DNA of 64,000 nt from Phoronis australis (lineage: Eukaryota; Animalia; Phoronida): positions 431,005 through 495,004 of the forward strand of contig NMRA01000138.1 of the NCBI GenBank assembly GCA_002633005.1, given 5' to 3'. Under the pieces are notes generated by a model. It was not told the DNA's origin and searched no databases. It saw nothing but the letters and a program-made list of their open reading frames with translations. Every line of letters starts with the position of its first letter. Positions within the stretch are counted from its first letter, which is position 1. Positions 27,016-64,000 of this stretch are shown piece by piece. A program made the translations under genes and the position numbers.

Positions 27016-30000
27016 TCTGTATAACTGCGAAGACGGTAACTCACCAACCTGTTCAAGGAAAACAGCATAACTGTATCAGAGATACCGACGTAAACATATT
27101 GTTGATTATGCGTATTGCGTCACTGTCAAACCTTCAAAAACTACAGTTAAAATGACTACCTTTTTTCGACTTATTGAAAGCCACCAGATGACCCACAGGA
27201 ACGAAGTTACAAACTACACGCGACCTAAATACGTAAAACTATGCTCGTCCCATTTATTGCTCTCATTGTAAAATAAAACCACACTTCAATGTCTTCATAT
27301 CTAGGATATTTGCCGAACGACTACATGCGTGACAGCTTTTACAGTACTCTTTACAGAGGATACTTATCCCCTGACTACCGTGTTCATCGAAAAGTGACGC
27401 GACGAGTTTCCGATGAGGGAAATGTAATCGATTTTCATATGTTTGATTAAAAATGCACTAGTTCTAATCTACTAGTCAACTTAGACTTACAATTCACAGA
27501 CGTGTATTGGGTTATTTAATGTAAATGCTTGGGCAAACACGACAATTGCTTTTCAAGTACACGTCGATTAACGAGAACGATTGACTTGTTTCGTAACTAT
27601 GGCGATAGTCAACTCAATTACCTGTGTTACTCACTGTTAAATGCCCCGGGGAACCATGTCTGAAATAAAATTTAATATAAATAAAGATTCGTTCTAAAAG
27701 CACAGTACGTTTCCGTTTACTCAAAGGCAAACAGACGATTGTAAATAGATATTGCTGAAACCAAACGAGTATCACAATACGTCAATATATATGTTTACAA
27801 CACAATATGCCCGAATAGGCGCTTGGTTAACTGGCAATGAATTCGATTTTCACCCGTAATGGCTAATCAGTCCAGTTAAATTTCAAGCTAGAAAGCAGTA
27901 GTTCCTAGCTTCAAGTGGTAAATCATTTGTGAACTTGTCTCTCAATTGATCACTATCGCTTTGTTTAGATTCTCAACTTTTACGTGTAGACACAAAACTC
28001 AGCAAGCGTATCATGCATGGTCTCAACGTACTGGCTTGTCGTAAGACACCATAGTCTCTCCTGAATCCGGCGTGTGTTTAAAGCTAACTGGAGAATGTTT
28101 CAGGCCAGTCTAAAAACTACTATCTCTTCGCTAAATCAGATTAATAAGCCTCTGTAAAGAAACTAATGTGGCAAGAAGGGACACTTATCCAAATCAAATG
28201 CTCATATAATTTGCATCTAAATATCCACTATGGCCTAATGTTGGAGACACATAATACAATTAAGCCCATTACTAACTTAAAATACGCATAAAACGTTAAT
28301 AAACGTCACATAATCATCACCTACCGTGTGTTACCGGTTCCCGTCTCTGAGCATTCACGGTTGCTAACATTCGATAAGATTAGTGGCAGCACTGAGCGAG
28401 CCCTACCGACACTGTTTACATAGGTTTCTATACAACGTAGGCGCTTCAATAGGTGCTTAATTATACGCGCGAACTGCTTCGATTGTCCCGCAACACAGTG
28501 GAGCCTTGTGAAAATGTTACCGTTCCACACAATTAAGCTGTTGAAACCCTATTTATGCAAGAACAATAACAACGAAATGTACCGTTTGTTGGATTGTTGT
28601 AACGGTAAACCTGGACAGAAAATCCATTATAAGATTGAAAAATCTTTGCATCTACGACCTTGATTTCGCAAGGTTGCTGGGGTCGTGACACGGTAAAAGG
28701 CAGGGTCGAATGGATGGTTACATGGACAAACACGGTTCCCGGTTGCCCAAAGATATTTGAATGGAACCTGTGTTAAAATAAACAAACACCTAAAAAGAAA
28801 ACATCTTTAATGGGTCGGTAGCCAAAACAAAAACACGTTTCAAACTACCTATCACTGCAAACTGCGCGCTCAAAAAGGCAAGACAGACTAGACCTACGAG
28901 AATGCAGCCAACGATCTAATTCAATTAAGGAAGACGCTCTTGTATTGAACTAAATGGCTGGAGGCGCGTTATCAAAGGCAGGGTATTACAACGTAACCAA
29001 TGTATCGTTATCACTGATACTGATTTAAGTGAACATTTGGGTTGATCCATGTTAGGTTACTTTGCAGGCGTGACAAAATGCACGATACACTTGCACATTC
29101 AGCGGAAATTTAGCCCACGCATTTTTCAAGGTACAAGCAATTTGACACTTTCCCACCCCAAAAGATATTTTTGACCACATCGTTATGTCATGAATTTTTC
29201 CTGAAGTCGGTGCCTAGACTCTAATCTTTGTACTGTAAGTTGAACTCAGACGTAATTTTCACGGCACCACTTACGTTCTATTTCATGATAACTGTCCATT
29301 ATTCTGACTGAGCTCGGGTACTGCCTAACCTCGAGCTTGCACTTGATGACCCCAGCATTAATGCTATAAGTTCTAGTCTGAACTCCAAATCTCAACTTTT
29401 TGCTCGAGATTATAACTCGTGGTCATCAAGTGCGAACTTGGATCAAACACTCGAATCAACAAAAACCATGCACAAACCATACACGCACGAAGACAATAGT
29501 AGACACGTATCATCGTAGTTCGCACAAAAGTAGAACGTAAAGTGTCAAAAAGAATTTTTAGAGTTCCATTTTGAGCACAGGGATTAGATCCCAGCACCTA
29601 GTCTTTGTTTATGAATTGATGGAGTGATGCGTTATTGTTTTTTAAGATGTTCGATTTTCCCCAAAACTCCACTAGATGTCAGTGATAGCGGAGAAACTGT
29701 GATAAGGAATGTGACACATCGGTCATAACTTACGTTTAGAAAACAAAGGGCAATCACTGTGGCTGTCTTGGCAAACGATTAACACGTCGCTTAAAAACTA
29801 GATCGCATGGGTTCGTTTGATTTTTGTAAAAAAAATCGAGAACTAGGCTAAAAATGTCCCGGATGCTCGAGAGCACAGGTTTAAAATGAGCCAGGAAAAG
29901 ACCAGATAAACCTAAGTACGAGTTTTCGAAATCTAGGATCACAATCTTTCAGAAAAATGTCCGCCCCGCACTCAATAAAAGACATCTGCATACTGGCTGT

Positions 30001-30475
30001 GTTTCTTTTTGGTGGCGTGTGTAGGAGAACCTAACTCCGTTTATGGAAATACACAACTTCAGAAAACAAGAATTATTATCATTTCCTTCTTTAATAATTG
30101 TGATCCATTATCGAGAGTAACATAAAACTGCATTTCGCACTGTTTAACTAGCTAAAAATGAAAATTCAATGGCCTTTCACTCTTATAAAATCGTTCTCAT
30201 AACATTCCTTACCGTGGCACGATTCTATTTCAGTCACCAACAAGAACACCGAAACCATCAGTGACTCGAGCAAATGCTGCAGATAGGGTTGGTAAACTCT
30301 AAAATTGCTTTTTACAAAATAGCTTGTGACTTGGGTTGATAATAGAAGTGCAATCCAGTCAAGGTAAGGAATATTAGGAGACCCGATTTTATGAGATCAA
30401 AATGCCCGATTCAATTTTCGTTTTTTAGTCAGCTAAATAGGGTGAAATGCAACTTTAACGGCCTACAACTGATAC

Positions 30476-30792
30476 GAAGAATAGAAGAATAAACTTTATT
30501 GAACTTGAAGGACTCCGGCCCATAGTACAATAATATCAATTAATATACATAGAAGTGTAAAGACGCTTGCATAACTGAAATAAATATATATATATATATA
30601 GTTCATCGCCTATATTCATAGTATATTCTTCTGGTTCGCCAGGCGTTCTACAGGTATTTAGACAAATTGAGAATTTTTGAGACGTCTTGCATTAGTCTAA
30701 TGAATGTAGAATATGAGCAACTTTTGAATCCAGGAATGAACTTATCACGCAAATCATCACATAAAGAACAATTTGTTATAAAATGGAACTCA
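30476..30792 (-). mobile_element. 5'-truncated non-LTR retrotransposon (LINE) 3' end
   Basis: Minus strand reads EFHFITNCSLCDDLRDKFIPGFKSCSYSTFIRLMQDVSKILNLSKYL*, resembling the ORF2 C-terminal H-x4-C region of LINEs. It is followed by AATAAA and a short (TATTCTTC) tail. 12-bp TSD TACAACTGATAC at 30464-30475 and 30793-30804. Confidence 0.85.
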
Positions 30793-32971
30793 TACAACTG
30801 ATACAGTGTTTGGCAACACTGTGATTGCCAACGAAACGGAATGAAAACCTGACGGCGAAAGATGTAACATAAAGCTCATATTCTTCTAGAAGGTCAAGAA
30901 ATTAATATTGGTTCAAAGTCAATGTCAAGTCAATGTCCCATTTGTCAAGTCGTTTTTACCCACGGACAAGTTTCTTGTATCACTTAATCAAACACCAAAT
31001 ATACACTAACACATGATTTGTTACACACATTTTTTGATTTTTGTTTAAAATATCAGGTAGCGTGCCTATGCTTATATAACATGTTCGGCACCACATTTTG
31101 TCATACACAGGATTTAGTATTTCTGGTTTAACGTAGACAGTTTTGACATGACCAAAGTATCCCGGAGAGTTGCTTTGTAAACGTTGTTAGAAAGCCGTGC
31201 TTTTCTAGTCCACATTTGAATGTTCCAGTTGAGAACCATTGTCATATATCATAAAAATAAACCCGGTATGAAATTATGATAAACACAGGACGAAAAATCG
31301 TTAGCAAACAAAGGGAATACGATAATTCAATATACACGGTGTGTGGAAAAATACGTAATCTTTACCTTTTTCAAATACAATACGAAACAAAACATAGACA
31401 AAGAAGTTAACGTTTCAAAAGGTGAAGTGAACAATTATCAACATCATGTCACAATTCGGTAGTCGTTGTTCATGTATTCCCAGCCAATACGCATGGGGAC
31501 CGTGTAAGCATGAACTCGAGGTCTGGATCGCCGGACACAGTTAGGGAGTGTCCACAACCTGACACTGGCTTCACTTGAAACTATCACTTATAATTGTGCT
31601 GTAACTATAAATCATTAGTGGCCCAGAAGACAGTGCCAAGCGTAGCTTGACTGGGGTTTACTTAAGACAATCTGAGCAGCTAGGGCAGAAACAAAAACTT
31701 GCACCTTTATTATGACCCAGAAACAGTTATAAAATGTGCTGCCTTTGAAATATCAAATTCAGTAGGAGCAAGGCAAATTGGGGGCAAATCTAGTGATTTT
31801 TCACCTGAACCTCTTGACTTCGGAGATGATGCTGTTCACTATGTGCCTGGATAGTTAATTAATTAAAAGACATCTCTATTAAAAGATTTATGAAGTGACT
31901 TCACTTTCTGCTGTAAATTTATCACAACAACACAAACTATATTTCAACAAAAACTCTTCATTTTTCTTTCATCATTCTTCATTCATCGTTTCTTTTATTG
32001 TCCTTTAAATACTAATGAGAGTGCTGAATTCATGCAGGCCCACTTGAGCAATAGCGTTATAGCTCATTTTTAACAATTACAAATGCGTGCATTGATAAAA
32101 TTACTTTTTTAATCCCATGTTTTACAGTCATAATATCGGAGGAAAATGTAACTGAGTCAAACAGTCAAATTTTGTGTGCAGGAGTAGTCATTTTAGTTGA
32201 CAATCTCTAATTTATAAGTGTAAATATGTTTCTTGGTGTACTGAAAATACTGTATTTATAGTTTCCACACATACATTAATGTTACTAAATATTATTATAT
32301 TTAACATTTATAGATTTTCACCTTGTAGACAGAATGCAAACTACTGTCTCAAACACAAAAATAAAAAAATGCTAATATTTCGGAATGCACCTCCGTCTTC
32401 AGAGCATAATATGAGGTGGATCTATACATGTCCACCAACGTGAAGAGAGAGAAGGTGACCCACTGTGCCACATAAAAGAATAAACAAATGCCACAAGGCA
32501 CAAACAATAGGGTGCAAAATACAAGCACAACATGAGTCAGTCAAAGTCAGAATAATGATACACTAAGAAAATATTTTCAAAATTCTATAGAAACTAGTCT
32601 CTTGGAAATCCATTTTAGGTGAATCAAACCTAATGAGAAGGACCTCCATAATTTTCAGACGTACAACATTCGGTTCAATAAATGGAATATGAGCGTTGCC
32701 AAGGAAACCTATCACTGAAGGCATTGTTTATAGCTAAGTTGACCTGATTCTATATTGAAAACTGAGATGAATGCATTTGTGAGGCTTCTTAAAGAAAGAT
32801 TAAATTTTTGACAAAAATATGCAGCCAAGGTGTGCTTATTTGAGTAGTGATACACAGCTTCAAAAATTATTTGGGTGCAGACCAGAACCAAATATGCTTT
32901 TTGGCCAAATCAAGGTCTTCCTGATAACACATTATAACAAATACAATTTTACTCACTTAAATGTTGCTAGG

Positions 32972-35900
32972 TTACAAATCTGTGGGTATAGTTCTAGCTT
33001 TTAGTAGCTCATCAAGTGCACTTTCTAGAGTCTCGTTTGTGTTTCTGAGACCAGACATAACTCGTGAAGCCCACTCAAAATACTCAGTGACTCTACTCTC
33101 AGTCCATCCCCTGGGAGTCTGTCTATTCAAGTCTCTAAGATTGTACAACAAATCAGCCAGCTTCACCAGTTTTGCTTCATGGCTTTTATGAGGTGCGTTT
33201 ATTATCTGCAGACGTTTTCGTTCCAATTTCGGAAGATTTTTATCATCTGTCACCTCGGCAACAATAGCTAAAAAAAATTATAAAGGATGTGAAACAACAT
33301 GAATCATCAGTAAAATGATGGATAACACATATTTTCTCCTTTTTTGGCACATTGCCAACTCAAACCTAATAGCATGGACAAACCTAATAGCATGGACAAA
33401 CCTAATAGCCAGAACAAACCATTAGTGGAGACATGTGCAAGATATTAAGACCATGCCCATTGAATAACACAGTAAAACGCACGACAACCCTCCAATATAA
33501 AATAGTTCTTACAGGAGAATTCTTTCATGACACTTAAAAGCAAAATATTTCACTCCTCGCTTACGGCCCAAGTCAACAATCAAGGGGACAACAAGTGAAC
33601 AAACAGGGAAGCAACATGCAATAAATCTCTTAAATCTTTTGCAATCACTTTGCATGTAACTTTAACTAACTTCTCAATTCTATTCAAAACTTTTTTAATG
33701 ACACCTATTAAATGACACACAGTCTTTACATAAGGTACTTTACCATAAACATATTACACTTGGTAATGTAAGATGATGCCAAGGATCAGACAAAGCTAAA
33801 GCAAGCTCTTTAAAGGTGCCAGCGGCAAAATGGGTTTCTGACCGGCTGTTTCTTAATACATGGCTGATCGAGGGTGTCAGCAAATTCTTTTAATATGCAA
33901 AAAGCAAGATGTATACTTAAAAATACGTTTCAAGTTTCCTAACTTTTAGCAGTTGCGTACAATATCAAGAATGTCACCATGGTACATTAAAACCATAGCA
34001 AAACTCGTTTAAGTCAGTTCCCACCATACCACAAGGTTTAATTCAAGTATGGTGAAATCTCACTTATTTTACAAAGGGTTGAGTGCATGATCCAGAGCAA
34101 AGTTACCGCTGAACTTTTGTGCGAGTTAAGTCATAATCTGACTTATGCATGCATGATTTGACTGAGTTTTACTGTATTTTACATGCTAAATAACAGAAAA
34201 ACATTTACGCTGTTCATCTCCCTGATGTTAGCATGCGTAATAACATAGAGTCTTAATTATTACTTTGCATGAGATATTCCTGTGGTGAATGTTCTCTAGT
34301 GAGGAACATGATAATTTTAGATACTGAAATTCAATACGCTAAAATTGATTTTTTTCATTCTGAAAATTGGAACATGGGCATTGTATTTCTCAAATATTGA
34401 ACAATGTATTCAGTATTAACAGAGATAAAATCGCCAAAAATAACTACCAACGCGAAATTTGTCTTTGTGTTAAATCTTGAGTTTGAGATGGTCAATATTG
34501 CCCATTTCTAAAATTCAGTGCAAGCTTTGACCTTGAGCAAAACAATTAATTTTTCACTGTCCCAAACTGGAGAATTTTACAGAAGATACGGATAGTTTCA
34601 TTTACATCTTCACCTGCAACTTTGTCCCCAAATGCATTAACCAACTCATCATTTGTTGTTTCAGTGTCTTCTACTGTATCATGTAATATAGCAGACTTTA
34701 GGACGTCAGGGTCAGTTACTCCACCCTCAGTTGTAAGGATGTTGGCCACACCTAAAATGGAAAGCCTGATATAAAATCAAATTGTATGTTTTAAAGGTCA
34801 ACATCTGTGTGTGAAGAGAATTTATATGTAAAGTAATACATTGCCTTTAGACTTGATGGTGAGTTAGTGCTAATTAACCATTTATTCCCATAATAGAATA
34901 CCTCGCATGCAAACCATAGCTGCCAACTTTCCAAAACTGAAAATGGGATAATTGCACTGGCAGATCTAGGATGCAATTTTTTAGAGAAAGTGTTTGCAAA
35001 AATCCCACAAACAGCATGCCGTAGTTATTGTTGACCATCTACCCACTTTCATCCAGAAACGCTCTTTGCCCCCAAAGGCAAAGCCCTTTATCCAAAACCA
35101 AACAGGCTACTAGGGGATGCTGCAATGGTTGAATTTGCCCAAAAATCAACTTTCCTTCATCAATTGGTCCTCGTATTCTCATCCTCCCAAAACTGAGTAC
35201 TGAAAACACCTTTTATCGATACCAAAATGGACATTTAGGGGTGCTGCAGAGGTCAAATCCATCTGAACATTGGGGCCAGCACAATGTTATGTGGCTACAT
35301 ATAAATCATCACGTATGTCAGCAAGTGGTACATGCTGTTGTGGGACGTGGGATGAAGCTTCAAAAACTGAAACAATCCTACTAAATGTAGACAGGACAGG
35401 TGGCAATTATATTGGTGTTGGCTTTAACACAGGGTTCTGTGTTCTGTAGATGATACAGAAGGAAAAACATTTCAAGGCAGAATAACAGAGCAGAGACACC
35501 GAGCACCATCTGTTAGAGGAAGCACTTAGTAGGATAAGTCTTGCGGTGCACAACCACCTCAATTATTGCAGCAGAAGCTAGCTCCAATACACCGACACAA
35601 AATTAGCCAAGTCCTAAATCCTATTTTCCTGTTTCACCGAGGAATAAAAACACATTGTATGATTGACCTAATTTTCAGAGATAGACACCTAAATAGCCAG
35701 CCAGATAGTTGCACATGTAAACTGGCATCAAGGCCAAGGTTAGCACCTAAAGCATTACTGAGGCAAGTCGGACAAGAAAACTTAACCTAGCTCAGATTGT
35801 CAATTTTCTTTGTACTGACAGCATTACAGGCATTGATCGGATGTACCAGTCCCTGATTTAGAGAACCAGGCAATTACTGAATAGTAGGCCTGTTACTGAG

Positions 35901-36817
35901 TGTTATTCAGTGATTCAAACTAGTTCTCTAAAACAGGAATTGCTGCATTGTGTTGTAGATGTGCTTCCGGTGAATTATATGAGCCTCTGTTAGCTACTCA
36001 ATAACGGGCAATTGCCTATTAGCTGAATGGTTAGCACGCTTGCCGGTTTTATGGGGGTCGCGGGTTCGATCCCCAGGTCAGGTAATCTCGGCTATTACTA
36101 CAAATGGCGTAGTCAGCAAACGGATGATCTACCGATGAAGCACTGCCAACTAGTACCCACGGACCTCGGGACAGCGCGCGTGGAAGGTTCCAAGAGTCAA
36201 GGACCTGTATGAGAGACGACCTTGTGTTCACCTGTATTGTGTTGGTAAAGGTACCAAGGGACGTTGATGACCTGTATGCGAGACATCCTGGTGTTCACCT
36301 TCCTGCCGCGTGCCCGTTCCGTAGGAAAGGGGGGAATGTTGTAGATGTGCTTCCGGTGAATTATATGAACCTCTGTTAGCTACTCGCTAACGGGCAATTG
36401 CCTATTAGCTGAATGGTTAGCATGCTTGCCGGTTTTATGGGGATCGGCGGTTCGATCCCCGGGTCGGGTAATCTCGGCTATTACTACAATTGCAACTCAA
36501 TTTTCAAGTCGAAAACTTTATTGGCAATTACAATAATGAATGTTAAAATAATTGTAAAATAAAATACTGAGCAAAGCACAAAAGTGGCCCACCATACACA
36601 GTCGATTGTGGGTAAGTTCTGCAGAATCAAAGTATTCCTGTGAATACTTCGTGCCATGCCAACCCATGGACGGTGAACTAAGTTAACATTGAGCACACTG
36701 TTGCTCACCGATTGGGTGATTTATATAAGGGGTATTATCAGGATCTTTTCGTCTTTGGTTCTTGTGCTTTATTGCGGCAAAATTTATACACTTCAAAAAC
36801 GAACTTAAATCGGACAT
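32972..36817 (-). CDS. HDDC3: HD-domain (p)ppGpp hydrolase / NADPH phosphatase MESH1 (180 aa), 3 exons
   Basis: join(complement): 36817-36709, 34751-34614, 33267-32972; both introns GT-AG, phase 1. Protein: [69 protein letters not shown]...[53 protein letters not shown]...EYFEWA. This matches the MESH1 motifs [23 protein letters not shown] and KLAD. Confidence 0.96.
33361..33409. repeat. 18-bp tandem repeat, ~2.7 copies
   Basis: Unit CAAACCTAATAGCATGGA. Confidence 0.8.
35951..36488 (+). mobile_element. Complete TRIM (miniature non-autonomous LTR retrotransposon) with tRNA-like LTRs
   Basis: 152-bp LTRs TGTTGTAG...TTACTACA at 35951-36102 and 36337-36488 (about 9 differences). PBS TGGCGTAGTCAGCA at 36105-36118. 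PPT AGGAAAGGGGGGAA at 36323-36336. 4-bp TSD ATTG at 35947-50 and 36489-92. A-box TAGCTGAATGG and B-box GGTTCGATCCC in each LTR. Confidence 0.93.
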
Positions 36818-37342
36818 TTCGGGTTGTACGTTTTCTTGATCACTTCCCTGAACGCAGCCGGGCCTTTGTTGACAGTCACTTTACAGTTGTCGTGAAGGTA
36901 AACTTATTTTCATCAATATTTCTGGGTTTGAATAAAATATAATTACTTAAAACACGGTTTCACAGCTTCAAACGCCTACATACATAAGAGTTTCTGCCTA
37001 ATTGAATGAGAAACGAGTTATTTTTTCATTAAAAAGGTCGCAATTTTCCCGCTTCTCGCGGTAAATCTCGTTATCAGACATGGCGGCTTTCTTGCGGTGA
37101 ATATCGCCGCGGTACATTTTCGTTTTTTGTTCTTTATCCCTTAAAATTCTGAAAACAGAAGGCAGTTTAGTTTTTTACATCGACAACCGAAAGTGATAGA
37201 GATAGAATCCGAAATTTTCACATAGGAGTTCAGGGGCAAATTGTTCAGCGGAGTTGAGAGTTCCATTCGTTGACTCTTCGAACCGAGTCCAAAATTGGAT
37301 TCTAAACGATTTACTGAACTGAAGTATCCTACCAAATTCAGC
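36818..37342. promoter_or_regulatory. Putative bidirectional promoter / 5' UTRs between HDDC3 and the HDGFL2-like gene
   Basis: Divergent ATGs separated by 525 bp. CpG-richer core. YY1-like ACATGGCGGC at 37078-37087 and TCTCGCG at 37054-37060. Confidence 0.65.
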
Positions 37343-61923
<24,581 letters not shown>

Positions 61924-62320
61924 TTATGGTTGAGACATGTATCGAGCTGGTTGGACTGTCAAAATAGAGATTAAAACTTTCATCAATCATGTGTAAAGGG
62001 GTACTACTTGGCAGTGGAATACAGTTGGCACTCTTTGACTGCAAACTCAAGTTGTCCTCTCATTGGCCAGAGGGAAAAAGGTTCATCGACTACGTTTTAA
62101 GAGAATTTTCTACATCATCTACACTGACTGCGCTGTATCTGTTTATCGAAGTATGAATAATGCAGTGAAAATGAAAAATACTGAACCATCAATGACGCTA
62201 GGGATCACAATGTGCTGGATTTAGTAACACAAATTCAATTGTGGAAATTCAAAATTATTCCACCAGTTTTTACATTTGTCAATTGTGAGTGTTGATTCCT
62301 GCGATGTGCATAAGTAGCTC

Positions 62321-62330
62321 AATAAATAAA
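62321..62330 (+). promoter_or_regulatory. Polyadenylation signals of the HDGFL2-like gene (long isoform)
   Basis: Overlapping AATAAATAAA about 400 nt after the stop codon at 61923. Confidence 0.55.
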
Positions 62331-63934
62331 ACCTTTTTGCAAAAATAGTGTTTATCAATGAAGCTAATGCTAATACTAAAAATTTAACTAATAAAGTTGA
62401 TGAAGGTAGTTTATTAAAACATTTTATTCAATTGAGGAATGCTGTCATAATTAGACTGAACAAGCAATGATATTTGGTTGCGCTAGATTAACTGGCATGA
62501 ACATGCAGGGATAAGAGTAATTAACTAGACAAAGACCAACCAAGCAAACAACAAACATAACGAGACAATCCTAAGACTCTCAATATGTACAACTTGTAAG
62601 AACTAAAACTGGTTGGAGGCACGTCACACTAATTTGAGAAAACAATTAGAATGTGTTTCACCTAACAAAGTACTCTAACATGAAACTTCCTCTTAGAACT
62701 ACCCTAGTCTATGATACAAGCACAAGACAAAGGCAATAGGACAAAAAAAATGCATAATTTACTGGTAATGACTATCTGGCAGCAAAATTCTAATTTATGA
62801 ATGGTTTAGTCACCTTAATAACTTCCCTGTTATTGCCCTTCATTCTCAGTGAGAGATGACAGCTCTGGTCATGAATTCAGCCAGTCATGACTAAGAATTG
62901 AGTCATTTTGTTTGAATGCTTTTGGCTTCTTCTGTAGTACAAACCTCTAATGACAAGTATAACTATGTTTTCACAACTGCTCCGATATCTTCCCAGATGT
63001 CAAACTGTTATCAATGCTGAAGAACCAGAGTGATGTCAAACTGCTACCAATGCTAAAGAGTGATGCTTTAGAACTTGCATGTAACCACAGTGGGTAGATA
63101 GCTTCATTTTCAGTTTTCGAATATAAAAATCTGTTTTAGCAAACTCAAATTTCAAAGCAATAAAAAATAAAATGACCTAGACATTGCCTATGACACAGCT
63201 CCGTTTTACTGATAACTTGCACCACAGAATGTTTATTGCTTCTTAAAACAACAGGCCACCTTCAGGAAGAATGAATAAATACTTGAATGTATTGCCAATT
63301 ACTCATCAATTTGTGGAAAGAATTGTGGAATTCTAAACAGAACTATGGAATCTATTATTGAAATGTGCAAATTCCATTCAAAACTTCCAATTCCATGAAA
63401 GAATATAGATTGAATTCTGTCCATTATCGCCTAAAATCAGGGTCTCCAGGTAGGATCGTAACAATCAAGACTGGACCAGTCGCACGTTGTAATTATGTCA
63501 GACAGCACTCATTGTGTCACTGATCATGACAACATTGTTAAATAAGACCTCTTTTGATATCACACAACAATTAAGTTACCCACAATTTGAAGGTGATGCC
63601 ACAACCAAGAGTGTTTGTTGGTCAAAACTGACTATTTTCAATGTTCATCAGGTGGGGATTTAAAACATCCAACCCTTGTACAGCAACCTCGTGTCACTTA
63701 TGATACTTCAAACGCAACAAGCAGTTCAAAACCCGAGTGCACCATTACGTGCATCAGACATCTAAGTGTTACTTCAACAAGAATCACCATACAACAGAGA
63801 GGTCCAGTTTTGCACAAATATCAAGACCACTTGCTTCAGATAACTTGAAAACACATTACCTGAAACATTTTAAGTTAATATCTTCAGCTTCAGAATAATA
63901 CACAACAGCAAAGCTCTACAGGACAAAGCAAATA

Positions 63935-63995
63935 CTATACAGTGACTCCTTTTGAGAGATTTGAGCATGCGATGCTGATGAGCTTTGATTCTTCA
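63935..63995 (-). CDS. Possible last coding exon of a convergent gene continuing beyond the window
   Basis: Minus strand TACAG| then EESKLISIACSNLSKGVTV* (frame uncertain). Minus-strand AATAAA at ~62410-62428 faces the HDGFL2 polyA signals. Confidence 0.25.
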
Positions 63996-64000
63996 CTGTA

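Noticed and set aside
36014-36083. tRNA gene in each TRIM LTR
   Set aside because: A and B boxes are present, but the anticodon arm and acceptor stem do not pair properly. It is a tRNA-derived promoter inside an LTR, not a tRNA gene.

Overview
Eukaryotic, AT-rich, intron-rich genomic DNA from an invertebrate (the repeat style suggests a lophotrochozoan such as a mollusc; this is inference). Three spliced protein-coding genes could be assembled by hand from splice sites and reading phase. (1) A 14-exon, minus-strand ankyrin-repeat protein of ~904 aa with an internally duplicated four-exon module (CDS 27015->12629). (2) HDDC3/MESH1, an HD-domain hydrolase, 3 exons, minus strand (36817->32972, 180 aa). 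(3) Head-to-head with it, a 19-exon PWWP + IBD chromatin reader of the HDGFL2/LEDGF family (37343->61923, ~923 aa), with one GC-AG intron and an in-frame 300-codon candidate alternative terminal exon (41891-42790). The window also holds an intron-containing tRNA-Tyr gene, several MITEs, two Helentron/DINE-like elements, a THAP-remnant DNA transposon, a truncated LINE with a 12-bp TSD, and minisatellites. The most striking items are a complete 538-bp miniature LTR retrotransposon (TRIM) with tRNA-like Pol III boxes in its LTRs, located in HDDC3 intron 1, and the possibly transposon-derived alternative exon that would give a PWWP isoform without the IBD. All calls come from reading the sequence; no database searches were run.
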